Source: a virus (lineage: Duplodnaviria; Caudoviricetes). Taken from it: a DNA stretch of 64,000 bases. Below the pieces are notes generated by a model. It did not search any database and had not been told where the DNA came from. It was given only the letters and a program-made list of their open reading frames with translations. The stretch is taken from IMG/VR virus record IMGVR_UViG_3300028283_000231. One strand, written 5' to 3'. Position numbers and translations under genes: made by a program. Each line of letters starts with the position of its first letter. The first letter of the stretch is position 1. This document shows positions 39,202 to 48,583 of this stretch, piece after piece.

Positions 39202-39426
39202 TTATGATAGTAACAAACCAGGTGATTGCCAACGCTTATCAGAAAAAATCTCTTTCAATTGATCCTCATTCAAATTATTAGGATCCCACCCCTTACTCCT
39301 AGCATATTGAACCTTAAATTTTTCTCTTAAATCATGCATTTCACTCTCACTTAAAGCGGAATCTTTTACCATAGGCGTTCCAGGTGCTACTATCCTACCC
39401 ATCCCATTTTGATTCAATGTTATCAT
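39202..39426 (-). CDS. Small hypothetical late protein
   Basis: KVQYARSKGWDPNNLNEDQLKEI; TATATA promoter upstream. Confidence 0.65.
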   Translation of the reverse strand: MITLNQNGMGRIVAPGTPMVKDSALSESEMHDLREKFKVQYARSKGWDPNNLNEDQLKEIFSDKRWQSPGLLLS

Positions 39427-39530
39427 ATCAGTAACTTATTTTTTCTTATATATTAATTAAAATTTGTCATTTTTGTCATTTTTAAAACTAAAAACTATTT
39501 ATAATATATAATGAAAAAACATTGAAGTTT

Positions 39531-39698
39531 ATGAACAATAAGAAATTTGTTGAGTTTTTAGAATTTGTTGATAGTGGTAAAGTGAAATTATTCACGATGA
39601 AAGACTTTGAAGAAATGGAAAAGATCAGAAGAGATTACGGTGATGGTAAAGACATCACTGATGTAGTAGATGAGTTCATAGAAAATTTTTCAAAATAA
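39531..39698 (+). CDS. Small hypothetical protein (55 aa, not in track)
   Basis: MNNKKFVEFLEFVDSGK...VVDEFIENFSK. Confidence 0.55.
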   Translation: MNNKKFVEFLEFVDSGKVKLFTMKDFEEMEKIRRDYGDGKDITDVVDEFIENFSK

Positions 39699-39730
39699 AA
39701 ACTTTCGTTTTTATAATTCATATATAATTT

Positions 39731-40870
39731 ATGAATAATAATGAAGGCAAATTAGATATAGACTATATAGAAAGTGTAGTTCAAAAGATACTGGATAAAG
39801 CTCATACCGACCCCGAAAAAAGGGAAATCAAACGTTATCCAAGTAATCAAAATCCAACCAAATTAAATTTCGCTTGTCCCATTTGTGGTGATAGCCACTC
39901 TAAAATGAGCATGAAAAGAGGCCACTTACACCTCAAAAATCTCTATTACGTTTGTTATAACGAAAGAGAAACAGATTCTATGTTCTTTTCTAAATTTTGT
40001 AAAATGTTCAACGTCGAACTTGATATGGAAAAGAAAATGGAAATCTATAAATATCTCGATAGTAATTGGACATATACAAAGAAAGATGATTTTGCCATAA
40101 CAAACATGGACAAACTTCTTGATTTAGAAGATTTTAAAAATCATATAACCGAACACCCAACTTATCTTCTCAACTTCAAACCTATTACTAAAGGTGGAGT
40201 TCAATGGAGATATTTAGCAGATAGAAAAATATTCAATCACGATAATATTTGGGAAGGAATATATAAAATCACAGATACTTGGTTTGAACCAGTTATTGTT
40301 ATTCTAAATAGAAGCGGTGATAAACTTCTTGGAATGCAACTTAGAAACTTAAAGGCTGAAAAAGGTAAACGTATTTATAAATTCATTGATTTTCAAGAAC
40401 TATACAATATGCGTCACCCAGATGATACCTTAGATGAAATGGAAGCAGTACCTTATAACAAAATATCAGCCATATTCAATTTCTTAAATGTTGATTACGA
40501 TAGACCAGTTTACGTCTTTGAAGGTTATTTAGATAGTGTATTCTTTCCCAACTCAATAGCACTCGTTGGATTAGATACTGATATATCAATGTTCAGTGAC
40601 GAAAACGTAGATATAAAATTTGTACTTGATAACGACGACGCAGGTCAACGTAAAGCAAAACAAATGATTGATATAAACCATTCAGTTTTCCTTTGGAAAA
40701 AATTAATAAACCATTTATCAAAAGGTAAAGGTGGTAAGTACAAACACCACATGGAAGATTGTAAAGATATAAATAAACTTGTTGAATTTTACGAAGATCC
40801 TAATATCTACTATAAACTCGAACTTGAGAAGTTCTTCGCTAAGGATCAATTCGATTTAATTGATATGTAA
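39731..40870 (+). CDS. gp61: DNA primase (T4 gp61-like)
   Basis: NFACPICGDS zinc finger; TOPRIM VFEGYLDS and LDNDDAG; KDIN. Confidence 0.9.
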   Translation: MNNNEGKLDIDYIESVVQKILDKAHTDPEKREIKRYPSNQNPTKLNFACPICGDSHSKMSMKRGHLHLKNLYYVCYNERETDSMFFSKFCKMFNVELDMEKKMEIYKYLDSNWTYTKKDDFAITNMDKLLDLEDFKNHITEHPTYLLNFKPITKGGVQWRYLADRKIFNHDNIWEGIYKITDTWFEPVIVILNRSGDKLLGMQLRNLKAEKGKRIYKFIDFQELYNMRHPDDTLDEMEAVPYNKISAIFNFLNVDYDRPVYVFEGYLDSVFFPNSIALVGLDTDISMFSDENVDIKFVLDNDDAGQRKAKQMIDINHSVFLWKKLINHLSKGKGGKYKHHMEDCKDINKLVEFYEDPNIYYKLELEKFFAKDQFDLIDM

Positions 40871-40873
40871 TTT

Positions 40874-41053
40874 TTATTGAAGATTAACATTACCACCAAG
40901 GGTTTCGATACCTTTTAATATCGCATCCAATTTAGCATCCATCGATTTCAATTTGGATTTAACCTCACATAACATACCATATTCACCACTACCTTCATTT
41001 AGAACTTCATCGTCATATAACATTTCAGTAAATGTTTTTACTTTTTCTTCCAT
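40874..41053 (-). CDS. Small protein with leader and LNE site (59 aa, not in track)
   Basis: MEEKVKTFTEMLYDDEVLNEG...coiled segment. Confidence 0.6.
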   Translation of the reverse strand: MEEKVKTFTEMLYDDEVLNEGSGEYGMLCEVKSKLKSMDAKLDAILKGIETLGGNVNLQ

Positions 41054-41059
41054 TTAATT

Positions 41060-41176
41060 TTAATAATTTTTTTGATAATGTTGCTTTTCACCGTAAGCTG
41101 GGCATTTAGTTGAAGCACAAGATGCTACTAAAAATGATACCGCTATAATTAATATTAAAATAATTTTCTTTTTCAT
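41060..41176 (-). CDS. 38-aa lipoprotein with a CPAY motif (not in track)
   Basis: MKKKIILILIIAVSFLVASCASTKCPAYGEKQHYQKNY. Confidence 0.7.
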   Translation of the reverse strand: MKKKIILILIIAVSFLVASCASTKCPAYGEKQHYQKNY

Positions 41177-41517
41177 TATTCTCTCTCTTTAGTTATGTGA
41201 ATCATACCTGGATAACCAGCGTCTTTTGAAGATGACCAAGCGTCTTTAAATTTCTTGTACTCTTCGTATTTTTGAAAAAATTCTTCATCAGTTAACTTCT
41301 TATATATTTGAGCGTTTTTTAAGATAGACGCCCAACCAAAATTGGTCATGTATTTTAAATCAACTCCACATTCTTCTAAAAAATCATCTACTGTGAGTTC
41401 AGATCCTTCGGGTAATGTTCTTAGTTTATATTCTAGTTCCATAGGAATATCAACTTCTACACCATTTTCTTTGGTTTCTTTAATGTAGTCTTTTAATTTT
41501 GTTTTTAAGTTTTTCAT
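41176..41517 (-). CDS. Hypothetical late protein with leader
   Basis: MKNLKTKLKDYIKE. Confidence 0.65.
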   Translation of the reverse strand: MKNLKTKLKDYIKETKENGVEVDIPMELEYKLRTLPEGSELTVDDFLEECGVDLKYMTNFGWASILKNAQIYKKLTDEEFFQKYEEYKKFKDAWSSSKDAGYPGMIHITKERE

Positions 41518-42203
41518 TTTCCAACGTAATTTTTTAGTTTATCATACATGTCTGTTAATTTATCACTGTGGAGTTTTTTACTTTCGTGCCATAGTTCGTC
41601 AAATGTAATAAATAGATTATAAGTTTCCTTATCAAGAATCATACCTTTATCAAACTTCTTATTATTACTTTTCCATAACTCATCTGGTGATAAAGCGGCT
41701 TCACCTTTTGGTACTATGAATCCACCAAATTCTTTACCAACTGAATAAGTTTTCCAAATTATTAATTCTTTATCTTTACCGTAAACGTAGTATGTTTTAT
41801 GATCGTCTCCAATATCCCAATATATTCTACCGTTAATATTTTGTACCTTTTTACTTCCTTTGCCTTTAGATGTTAAGAAAGGAACACCAGGTATAAGAGT
41901 GTCTTTATCCAATCTGATAGGAATTCCAAAATTATCTAATTCGTGGTCACCAGTGACTTTATTCCTCTTGTAAACAGGTTTATCGAGACTTAGTTCACCT
42001 TTTTTAGCGTCATTAAAAATTTCTACTTCTTGTTTAGTAAGAGAGTTCTGTCCGTATTTTCTAATCTTATCTATGTAGTAGTTGATGATTTTATCAGAAG
42101 TAGCAGTTCTTTCATCAGTATCATATGCTTCGTAAAAATCATATACACCTTCATTTATAGGTTTAACTTCTTCCTTAACAACTTTATTTCTTTTCTTTCT
42201 CAT
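41514..42203 (-). CDS. DUF6576-like motif protein, tandem paralog A
   Basis: IDKIRKYGQNSLTKQE; shares SPDELW...FDKGMILD...F with 42208-42894. Confidence 0.65.
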   Translation of the reverse strand: MRKKRNKVVKEEVKPINEGVYDFYEAYDTDERTATSDKIINYYIDKIRKYGQNSLTKQEVEIFNDAKKGELSLDKPVYKRNKVTGDHELDNFGIPIRLDKDTLIPGVPFLTSKGKGSKKVQNINGRIYWDIGDDHKTYYVYGKDKELIIWKTYSVGKEFGGFIVPKGEAALSPDELWKSNNKKFDKGMILDKETYNLFITFDELWHESKKLHSDKLTDMYDKLKNYVGK

Positions 42204-42207
42204 ATTT

Positions 42208-42894
42208 TTACAATAATTTTAGGAATCTTAATCTTAACTTATTCAAGACGTCAATGTTCCTTCTTTGATTTTCTTTATATAATTCTACGAAATTTATAAA
42301 GTCTTCATATAAATCTTCATCTAAAACCATACCGTAATCAAAAGTAAAATCTAATTCACCCCATAATTGTTCTGGGGACATTTTTTTATAAAAAGCGTAT
42401 TTCTGAGCGTTAGTATCTAAAAATTGACCAAATGGATATTTATCCCCGCCACCTGTTCTGTAAATAATCCAATCGTTTGCTTTTGTACCACTATCAGTTT
42501 CTATTGTAGTATATACATATATTCTTCTTTCTTCGTTATCTTTATTCCTGTAAACTCTTGCGTCCATTATATCTTTAGTGGACAATTTATCTGCGCCTTT
42601 TTGTTTACCTTTAACTGTTACAAATTCTTGTCCTGGTTTCTCGGGCTCTTCGTCAGTAAGTACGTTACCTTCATCATCAAATAAATATCCTCCGCCAGTC
42701 TTATGTGTTTGAAGAATAGGTCTATCATCAGGATCATCTGGGAGAGAACCTCCTTTACTTAGATTAACAAGAAGTTCGTGCTCTTCTGTTGTGAGTTTAC
42801 GCTTCTTCATTATCTCTAAGAGTTCGTCTATCTTTTGTTGCTCACGTTTACCCTCGTTTATAAATGATCTATATGATTTTACTATTTTATCCAT
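42208..42894 (-). CDS. DUF6576-like motif protein, tandem paralog B
   Basis: MDKIVKSYRSFINEG; IDELLEIMKKRKLTTEE; SPEQLW...FDYGMVLD. Confidence 0.65.
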   Translation of the reverse strand: MDKIVKSYRSFINEGKREQQKIDELLEIMKKRKLTTEEHELLVNLSKGGSLPDDPDDRPILQTHKTGGGYLFDDEGNVLTDEEPEKPGQEFVTVKGKQKGADKLSTKDIMDARVYRNKDNEERRIYVYTTIETDSGTKANDWIIYRTGGGDKYPFGQFLDTNAQKYAFYKKMSPEQLWGELDFTFDYGMVLDEDLYEDFINFVELYKENQRRNIDVLNKLRLRFLKLL

Positions 42895-42941
42895 GAAGAT
42901 ATTATTCCTTTTTGCTTATATATTAAATTTTAATTTCTATT

Positions 42942-43814
42942 TTATAACTCGTCAGATATAATTTTTGCCCCGTAAGGTGCCAAATGTAAATCTCTTAATT
43001 TTCTATTTCCATTACATTTAAAGATAGGTACAGAAGCAGGTCCGTTCTTTAAAGTCTTTATATCGTTATTAGAACAATCATAAGTTCCACCAATCATATC
43101 AGGACCGTCCTTTAAATCATCCAATAAATTAAAACTACAATCGAAATTACCAACCAATAAATCTGGTGATCCTTCCAATGAAACTAATAAACAATTATCC
43201 ACGTAATAAGATCCATTTACTATTTTTGGTCCACCAATTAAATCAGGCATACTATTATAACTAGCCATAAAATCCTTTTGAATCTTTTCTGGAGCACCAG
43301 CTAAATCATTTAAACCACTCTGTCTCACATCATAATTACCACCAACAACAGAAGGACCACCTTTTAAACTACCTAATCTATTATTAGTACAAATAAAATT
43401 TCCCTCTACAACATCAGGACACCCCTTCAAATTAACCAACCCACAAGAAGAAGCGTCAAAATCTCCCATCACGTAATCAAATTTAACTGGAATAGTAGCT
43501 AACGGCATTCTAATCTTTACACTCTCTAAAGCATCTACCGTGTAATCGTCATTAATCTTATATTTTCTAAGACCAATTACATTTAAAAATTTTATAATCT
43601 TATCCTTCTGATTATCTTTAATGTAGTACATAATATTGTGGTAATCAGCGTCTTGAAAAGTCATACATCTTAATCTTGGGTGATAGATAAGCATTTCTGC
43701 TTCGTTTAGAATTTCGAATTGTTGCGTAGTGATCTCAAGGTACTCTCCACTTGGTATTCCAACGATACCAATTATTGCAGGACTTGATTCGTACAATTTA
43801 AATTTCTTTATCAT
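42942..43814 (-). CDS. LRR-like solenoid protein (array gene 5)
   Basis: PSGE N-terminal domain + about 22-aa repeats GxFxCxxNxLxxLxGxPxxV. Confidence 0.8.
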   Translation of the reverse strand: MIKKFKLYESSPAIIGIVGIPSGEYLEITTQQFEILNEAEMLIYHPRLRCMTFQDADYHNIMYYIKDNQKDKIIKFLNVIGLRKYKINDDYTVDALESVKIRMPLATIPVKFDYVMGDFDASSCGLVNLKGCPDVVEGNFICTNNRLGSLKGGPSVVGGNYDVRQSGLNDLAGAPEKIQKDFMASYNSMPDLIGGPKIVNGSYYVDNCLLVSLEGSPDLLVGNFDCSFNLLDDLKDGPDMIGGTYDCSNNDIKTLKNGPASVPIFKCNGNRKLRDLHLAPYGAKIISDEL

Positions 43815-44185
43815 ATCGCGTAACTCTCAATTTGCCATCTATCTTCTTCATCGAAGAAATAGTAATTTTTTGCTTTATTGTATTTAATGATACTTGACAT
43901 CGCTAAATTCATGGCGTCTTCTTCTGGTACATTTAAAACCTCACCAGATGATACCTCAATTAGTTCTTCAACTTTGATTATATTGGTATAATAAAAAGAC
44001 ACTAATTCATTGTTATAATCTAACATTATTCTCACGTCACCGTTATCTGATCCGCTAGTATTTACATTTATAATTTTACCAGATTGCATGTAATGTTTAG
44101 AATCTCTATATTTAATGATAACTTTATCACCAGTATTAAGATTGGTATCCCTCAAAGATTTATAACTTTCAAATTTCTTTATCAT
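43811..44185 (-). CDS. KOW + PSGE-type domain protein without LRR (array gene 4)
   Basis: TGDKVIIK; VSSGEVLNV. Confidence 0.65.
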   Translation of the reverse strand: MIKKFESYKSLRDTNLNTGDKVIIKYRDSKHYMQSGKIINVNTSGSDNGDVRIMLDYNNELVSFYYTNIIKVEELIEVSSGEVLNVPEEDAMNLAMSSIIKYNKAKNYYFFDEEDRWQIESYAI

Positions 44186-44900
44186 TGAATAAGTTATTAT
44201 TTTTTATGAAGTTACCCTTTACAACTGGAGCGTCATTAATATTTTTCAAAAGATTATTACTACAATTAAAGTCAGTTAATTTTATAGGTGATCCAGTTAA
44301 AGACGTAAGTTTATTATGACTACAATTATATAATCTAGACACTAATCTTGGACCATCATGTAAATCTTCTAAATGATTATAACTACAATCAAATCTACCG
44401 TGTACTGTTCTAGGTGTATTCTCTAATGTTTCAAGTAAATTATAAGAGCAATTGAAATCACTGGAACATCTATTGAATTTAACTGGAATTCTTGTGAGTT
44501 TTTTATAAGCCATATTGACTGGTCCCATAGCGTCAACACTAAAGTCTGGAAGAATTGAAAATTGATCCTTCAATAAACCACAATCTAAAAGAAATTCTAT
44601 GATTAAACTTTTTGTTAAAGCGTGTCTTTCGTCTCCAATTTTAGGAAGTATGCTTTTTATTTTTCTTTTATTGGCTAGATAATCTTTCACTTTAGGGGCA
44701 AGGAAATCACTACATACCCATCTATATAAGTTCAGCATCTTACCCCTATCGTCGTCGTAGAATATATAATTTCTTTTAACTAAAGGTTCGATATCATCGT
44801 CTGAAAAGTATATAACTTCTCCACTTGGAACACAAACTAAATAGTTTTCTTTCCATTCAATAGATTCGTTATATTTTATAAAATTAGTTACCATGACCAA
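44169..44900 (-). CDS. LRR-like solenoid protein (array gene 3)
   Basis: VPSGEVIY; FNCSYNLLETLE, FDCSYNHLEDL, YNCSHNKLTSL. Confidence 0.8.
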   Translation of the reverse strand: MVMVTNFIKYNESIEWKENYLVCVPSGEVIYFSDDDIEPLVKRNYIFYDDDRGKMLNLYRWVCSDFLAPKVKDYLANKRKIKSILPKIGDERHALTKSLIIEFLLDCGLLKDQFSILPDFSVDAMGPVNMAYKKLTRIPVKFNRCSSDFNCSYNLLETLENTPRTVHGRFDCSYNHLEDLHDGPRLVSRLYNCSHNKLTSLTGSPIKLTDFNCSNNLLKNINDAPVVKGNFIKNNNLFNDKEI

Positions 44901-45739
44901 CTCCCGTCCCCCTCGTCTCTTAATTGATGATTACCAAAGGTTTTTATTTTATTTTTCTTTAAAGCGCTCTGCATAGCAACCACAGGATCAACTTTTCCAC
45001 CCTTTCCACCCATTATATGCAAACAATCTGGCGCACCTTCCATAGATTTCAATGAATTTAAACTACAATCAAAATAACCCTTAACTTTCTTGGGTCCACC
45101 CTTTAAATTCATAAGTAAATTATCAGAGCAATTAAAATCACTTCTTATAATTTCTGGTGATCCATCCAATGATAATAATACATTTAAACTACAATCATAT
45201 AAAGTACCTACATATTTAGGACCACCCGTTAAATCAGATAAATTATTATTACTAACTATAAAAGAACCACCCACTTCATTTGGTGCGCCTTCTAATGTTT
45301 CTAATTTCGAATCCCTCCAAATGAAATCACCACTCACTTTATTGAATTTCATCGGTATCTTTTTAAGACTAGAATTACTTACATATATATCACCTGAAAC
45401 CTCTACCCCTTTAGCAGTCAACATATAAGTTCTAACTCTCTTCTGTTCGTCAAAGAACATAGTTAATTTATTCATGTAATCATCACTATAAGATATACTC
45501 ACGTCTTCTACTTCTGGTTCATTTTTTACTTTTCTTTTTAAGTACCTGAGAACTTTTTCGTAATCTTCGTCTTTGAAGATATAGGACATAAGATTATTAT
45601 GATAAGAAATATATCCTTCTTGTTTAAGGTTATTGATTTCTTTGTAATAAATATCAATAATCTGTCCACTAGGAAGACCTATCAAATATTCAGTATTTAT
45701 TTCAAACTGTTTATATTCTTTAATCATAGTCAACCTCAT
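44888..45739 (-). CDS. LRR-like solenoid protein (array gene 2)
   Basis: GLPSGQIIDI; FNCSDNLLMNLKGGP. Confidence 0.8.
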   Translation of the reverse strand: MRLTMIKEYKQFEINTEYLIGLPSGQIIDIYYKEINNLKQEGYISYHNNLMSYIFKDEDYEKVLRYLKRKVKNEPEVEDVSISYSDDYMNKLTMFFDEQKRVRTYMLTAKGVEVSGDIYVSNSSLKKIPMKFNKVSGDFIWRDSKLETLEGAPNEVGGSFIVSNNNLSDLTGGPKYVGTLYDCSLNVLLSLDGSPEIIRSDFNCSDNLLMNLKGGPKKVKGYFDCSLNSLKSMEGAPDCLHIMGGKGGKVDPVVAMQSALKKNKIKTFGNHQLRDEGDGSWSW

Positions 45740-46589
45740 CTATTTCGTTTCCTTCGTTAAATATAATCTTATTACACGAAGGCATTCCCATTAAATTAAA
45801 AAGTCTATTAAAAGTACAATTAAAATTGCCTGTAACCTCTTTTGGTCCGTTTGTTAAAGTTGTTATAGTGTTATGACTACAATCAAAATTCATTGTCTTT
45901 CTCGATGAGTGGAATAAATTAGTTAATCTATTATAAGACACATTGAAAAACCTAACGTCTATTATTTTTTCTGGCATCCCTTTCAATGTTTTTATATTAT
46001 TCCTTTCACAATCAAATACTACTTGACAGTAATTTGGAAACCCATGCAAATCTTCCAAATTATTATCCATACAATAATATCCACCAGCTACAAACTTAGG
46101 ACCACCTATCAATGTATAAATTTGATTTGAACAACAATCAAAAAATCCACCAATTTGATTTGGAGTATTTGTTAAGTTGTTCAGTTTATTCATACTACAA
46201 TCGAAATTGCCAGTTACTTGTCTGAACTTAATAGGTATCTTTTGTAAGGATTTACCACTTATATCAACGTCCCCTTTAACATCTACACTTAAATCAGCGT
46301 TAACTGTGTAATTACTTATTTTGAAACTCTCCATACAATAATGTATGTATTGGATTTTCATTGGATCCTGTGTGAGCTTCTTTACCATTAAATAATTCTC
46401 ATCAAGAAAAGTAAAATACATACCGCCCTTGTTATATCTGATGAGTCTTTGTTTTTTCAAATTTATAAATTGGTCGTCTGTAATATCTATAACTTCACCA
46501 CTTGGCATACCGACAACGTAACTTGTTATAACACCAGGTAAAGGAGTGTCACCGTCAAGTGTCTCATATAGTTGGAAAGTCTTAATCAC
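45720..46589 (-). CDS. LRR-like solenoid protein (array gene 1)
   Basis: GMPSGEVIDI; FDCSMNKLNNL, FDCSHNTITTL. Confidence 0.8.
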   Translation of the reverse strand: MIKTFQLYETLDGDTPLPGVITSYVVGMPSGEVIDITDDQFINLKKQRLIRYNKGGMYFTFLDENYLMVKKLTQDPMKIQYIHYCMESFKISNYTVNADLSVDVKGDVDISGKSLQKIPIKFRQVTGNFDCSMNKLNNLTNTPNQIGGFFDCCSNQIYTLIGGPKFVAGGYYCMDNNLEDLHGFPNYCQVVFDCERNNIKTLKGMPEKIIDVRFFNVSYNRLTNLFHSSRKTMNFDCSHNTITTLTNGPKEVTGNFNCTFNRLFNLMGMPSCNKIIFNEGNEIDEVDYD

Positions 46590-46678
46590 TAAAAGGCAGT
46601 TTTTTATTTATATATAAAAATTAGGTTCTAAAATTTAATAGAAAAATTAAAGCAAATATATGAAAAAATTGTCTAATA

Positions 46679-47587
46679 TTAAATAATATCTTTAAATTTA
46701 TCATAATTTTTATCCATTATTATCAAATATTCATATCCCTGATTTCTAGTTTCTTCTTCTTTTGTTTTATTTAATTCTAAATATCTATTATAATAAAAAG
46801 TAGATTTTATTTCTATTACCATATTTTTTTCCTTTATATAAAAATCACTATGATATACTTTATTTTTGCCTTCAAATTTAAATTTTATAGTAGGTCCTTT
46901 CCCGACGTCAATTTTATTATTATAACAATAATCTAAAAAATCTTTTTCGTAGGTGCCCCTATATAATAAATCCATATTTTCATGTAATATCATCTTTTTA
47001 CCTGATATTTGTGATTTTTCAAATAAAAAATTAGATTGAGTAGGATTTTCTACTCCCCAATTTATCAAAGTTGTTTCAATTTTCTTCTTTTTAAATTCAT
47101 TAAATTTAGATGGGTTATCAACATTGTATTTTTCCATACAGGTATCTTTAACCCTTTTCTTATATTCTAATGTTTTTGTATAACTAACAAATCCATAATT
47201 TTTTAAACATGTTTCCTTTTTTTTATCCTTCACTTCTTTTACATCAGATATGTTATCAACACCATATTTTTCATTTAAAGTTTTAGTTGATTTTTTGAAT
47301 ATATCCGCGTTTTGTTGGGGGAAATCCACGCCATATCTTATTTGGTTAGTAATCTTATTTTTTTCGATGGAACATTTAGCACAACAATAATATCCACCTC
47401 TTTTTAATTGATTTAGATAATTTTGATACTTAATTGAATTTTCCACTCCACAAGATTCACAGATTGCTACAACTCTAATGGTAGAACAATCACTGAGATC
47501 TTCAATTTTTATCATAATAATATCATTCTTATTATATGGTCCGTACTTATGTAAATATTTTTTATAGGTGGATGATGATATTTTCAT
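46679..47587 (-). CDS. Putative homing endonuclease (Zn ribbon + YGV repeats + TnsA-like PD-(D/E)xK domain)
   Basis: CESCG...YCCAKC; YGVD/YGFV/WGVE repeats; YHSDFYIKEKNMVIEIKST. Confidence 0.8.
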   Translation of the reverse strand: MKISSSTYKKYLHKYGPYNKNDIIMIKIEDLSDCSTIRVVAICESCGVENSIKYQNYLNQLKRGGYYCCAKCSIEKNKITNQIRYGVDFPQQNADIFKKSTKTLNEKYGVDNISDVKEVKDKKKETCLKNYGFVSYTKTLEYKKRVKDTCMEKYNVDNPSKFNEFKKKKIETTLINWGVENPTQSNFLFEKSQISGKKMILHENMDLLYRGTYEKDFLDYCYNNKIDVGKGPTIKFKFEGKNKVYHSDFYIKEKNMVIEIKSTFYYNRYLELNKTKEEETRNQGYEYLIIMDKNYDKFKDII

Positions 47588-47725
47588 TTCTACTGTCGTT
47601 TTTTAACATCTTATAAATTATTATTTTTTTTGATACATCTAAATCAAATGTATAGTATTATATATAAATGTTTAAAAATGGAAAAATGAAAATAATATAT
47701 AATATAAAATAAATGATTTTTATAT

Positions 47726-48583
47726 ATGATTAAACTATTTGAGGATTTTGAACGAAATATAGAAAAAAAATTAATTTATATGGCGTTCGATATAGACGAT
47801 AATTTATTATACATGCCAACAAGGATTCATATGGATCATTTAGTTAACGGCACTTGGATTACAGAACCAGTAGACACAGAAACCTTCGCTAAAATCAGAC
47901 AAGATAAAGTAAATTGGAGATATAAATCCGAACACGAAGGCGACGCATCCTTTGTTGAGTTTCGTGATTGGGGACCAGACGGTAAAGATACATTTTTAAA
48001 TGGATTTAAATACGCTGTTCTTCATAAAAGATTTGGTCCTTCTTGGACAAAATTCATAGAATGCTTAGTTAATGGTAATATTTTCTCAATAATAACATCA
48101 AGAGGTCACTCACCCGAGAATGTTAGAAGAGCATTTGAATGGTTGATATATGAATACGGTTTAGACAATTTTAAAAACCTACATATTAAAAATGTAGATA
48201 AATACGAATCGTTTGAAGATCAAATGATTCAAAACCTATTGAGATATCACGAGATATTCGGATCTGAACCTGATTACGTTATAGATGAGTACCTTGATGT
48301 TTGTCCTATCTACACTATATCATCACCTTATTTCAAAGAGAAGTTTGGCAAAATGGGTCCAGATGACGCTAAGAAAGTATCTTTACAAGATTTCAATGAA
48401 ATAGTTAAAACTTACGCCAAGAAACTTGGAGTTAAGGCTAAATATGGTTTCTCAGATGACGATCCAAAATTTGTTAAAGCCGCGGTTGATCAATTTAGAG
48501 AATTGAAAGATAAAGATCATAAATATGTTAAGTATTCTGTATTTGATACAGGGGATAAAAAAATGAAGAAATTAGATATATGA
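47726..48583 (+). CDS. HAD-superfamily phosphatase-like protein
   Basis: AFDIDDNL (motif I), ITSRGH (motif II), GFSDDD (motif IV); leader MIKLFEDFE. Confidence 0.75.
   Translation: MIKLFEDFERNIEKKLIYMAFDIDDNLLYMPTRIHMDHLVNGTWITEPVDTETFAKIRQDKVNWRYKSEHEGDASFVEFRDWGPDGKDTFLNGFKYAVLHKRFGPSWTKFIECLVNGNIFSIITSRGHSPENVRRAFEWLIYEYGLDNFKNLHIKNVDKYESFEDQMIQNLLRYHEIFGSEPDYVIDEYLDVCPIYTISSPYFKEKFGKMGPDDAKKVSLQDFNEIVKTYAKKLGVKAKYGFSDDDPKFVKAAVDQFRELKDKDHKYVKYSVFDTGDKKMKKLDI

Noticed and set aside
28949-46589. CRISPR array or DGR template/variable repeats behind the recurring motifs
   Set aside because: The repeats are degenerate and coding, with no fixed repeat-spacer period, no adenine-specific mismatch pair and no reverse transcriptase or cas gene in the window.
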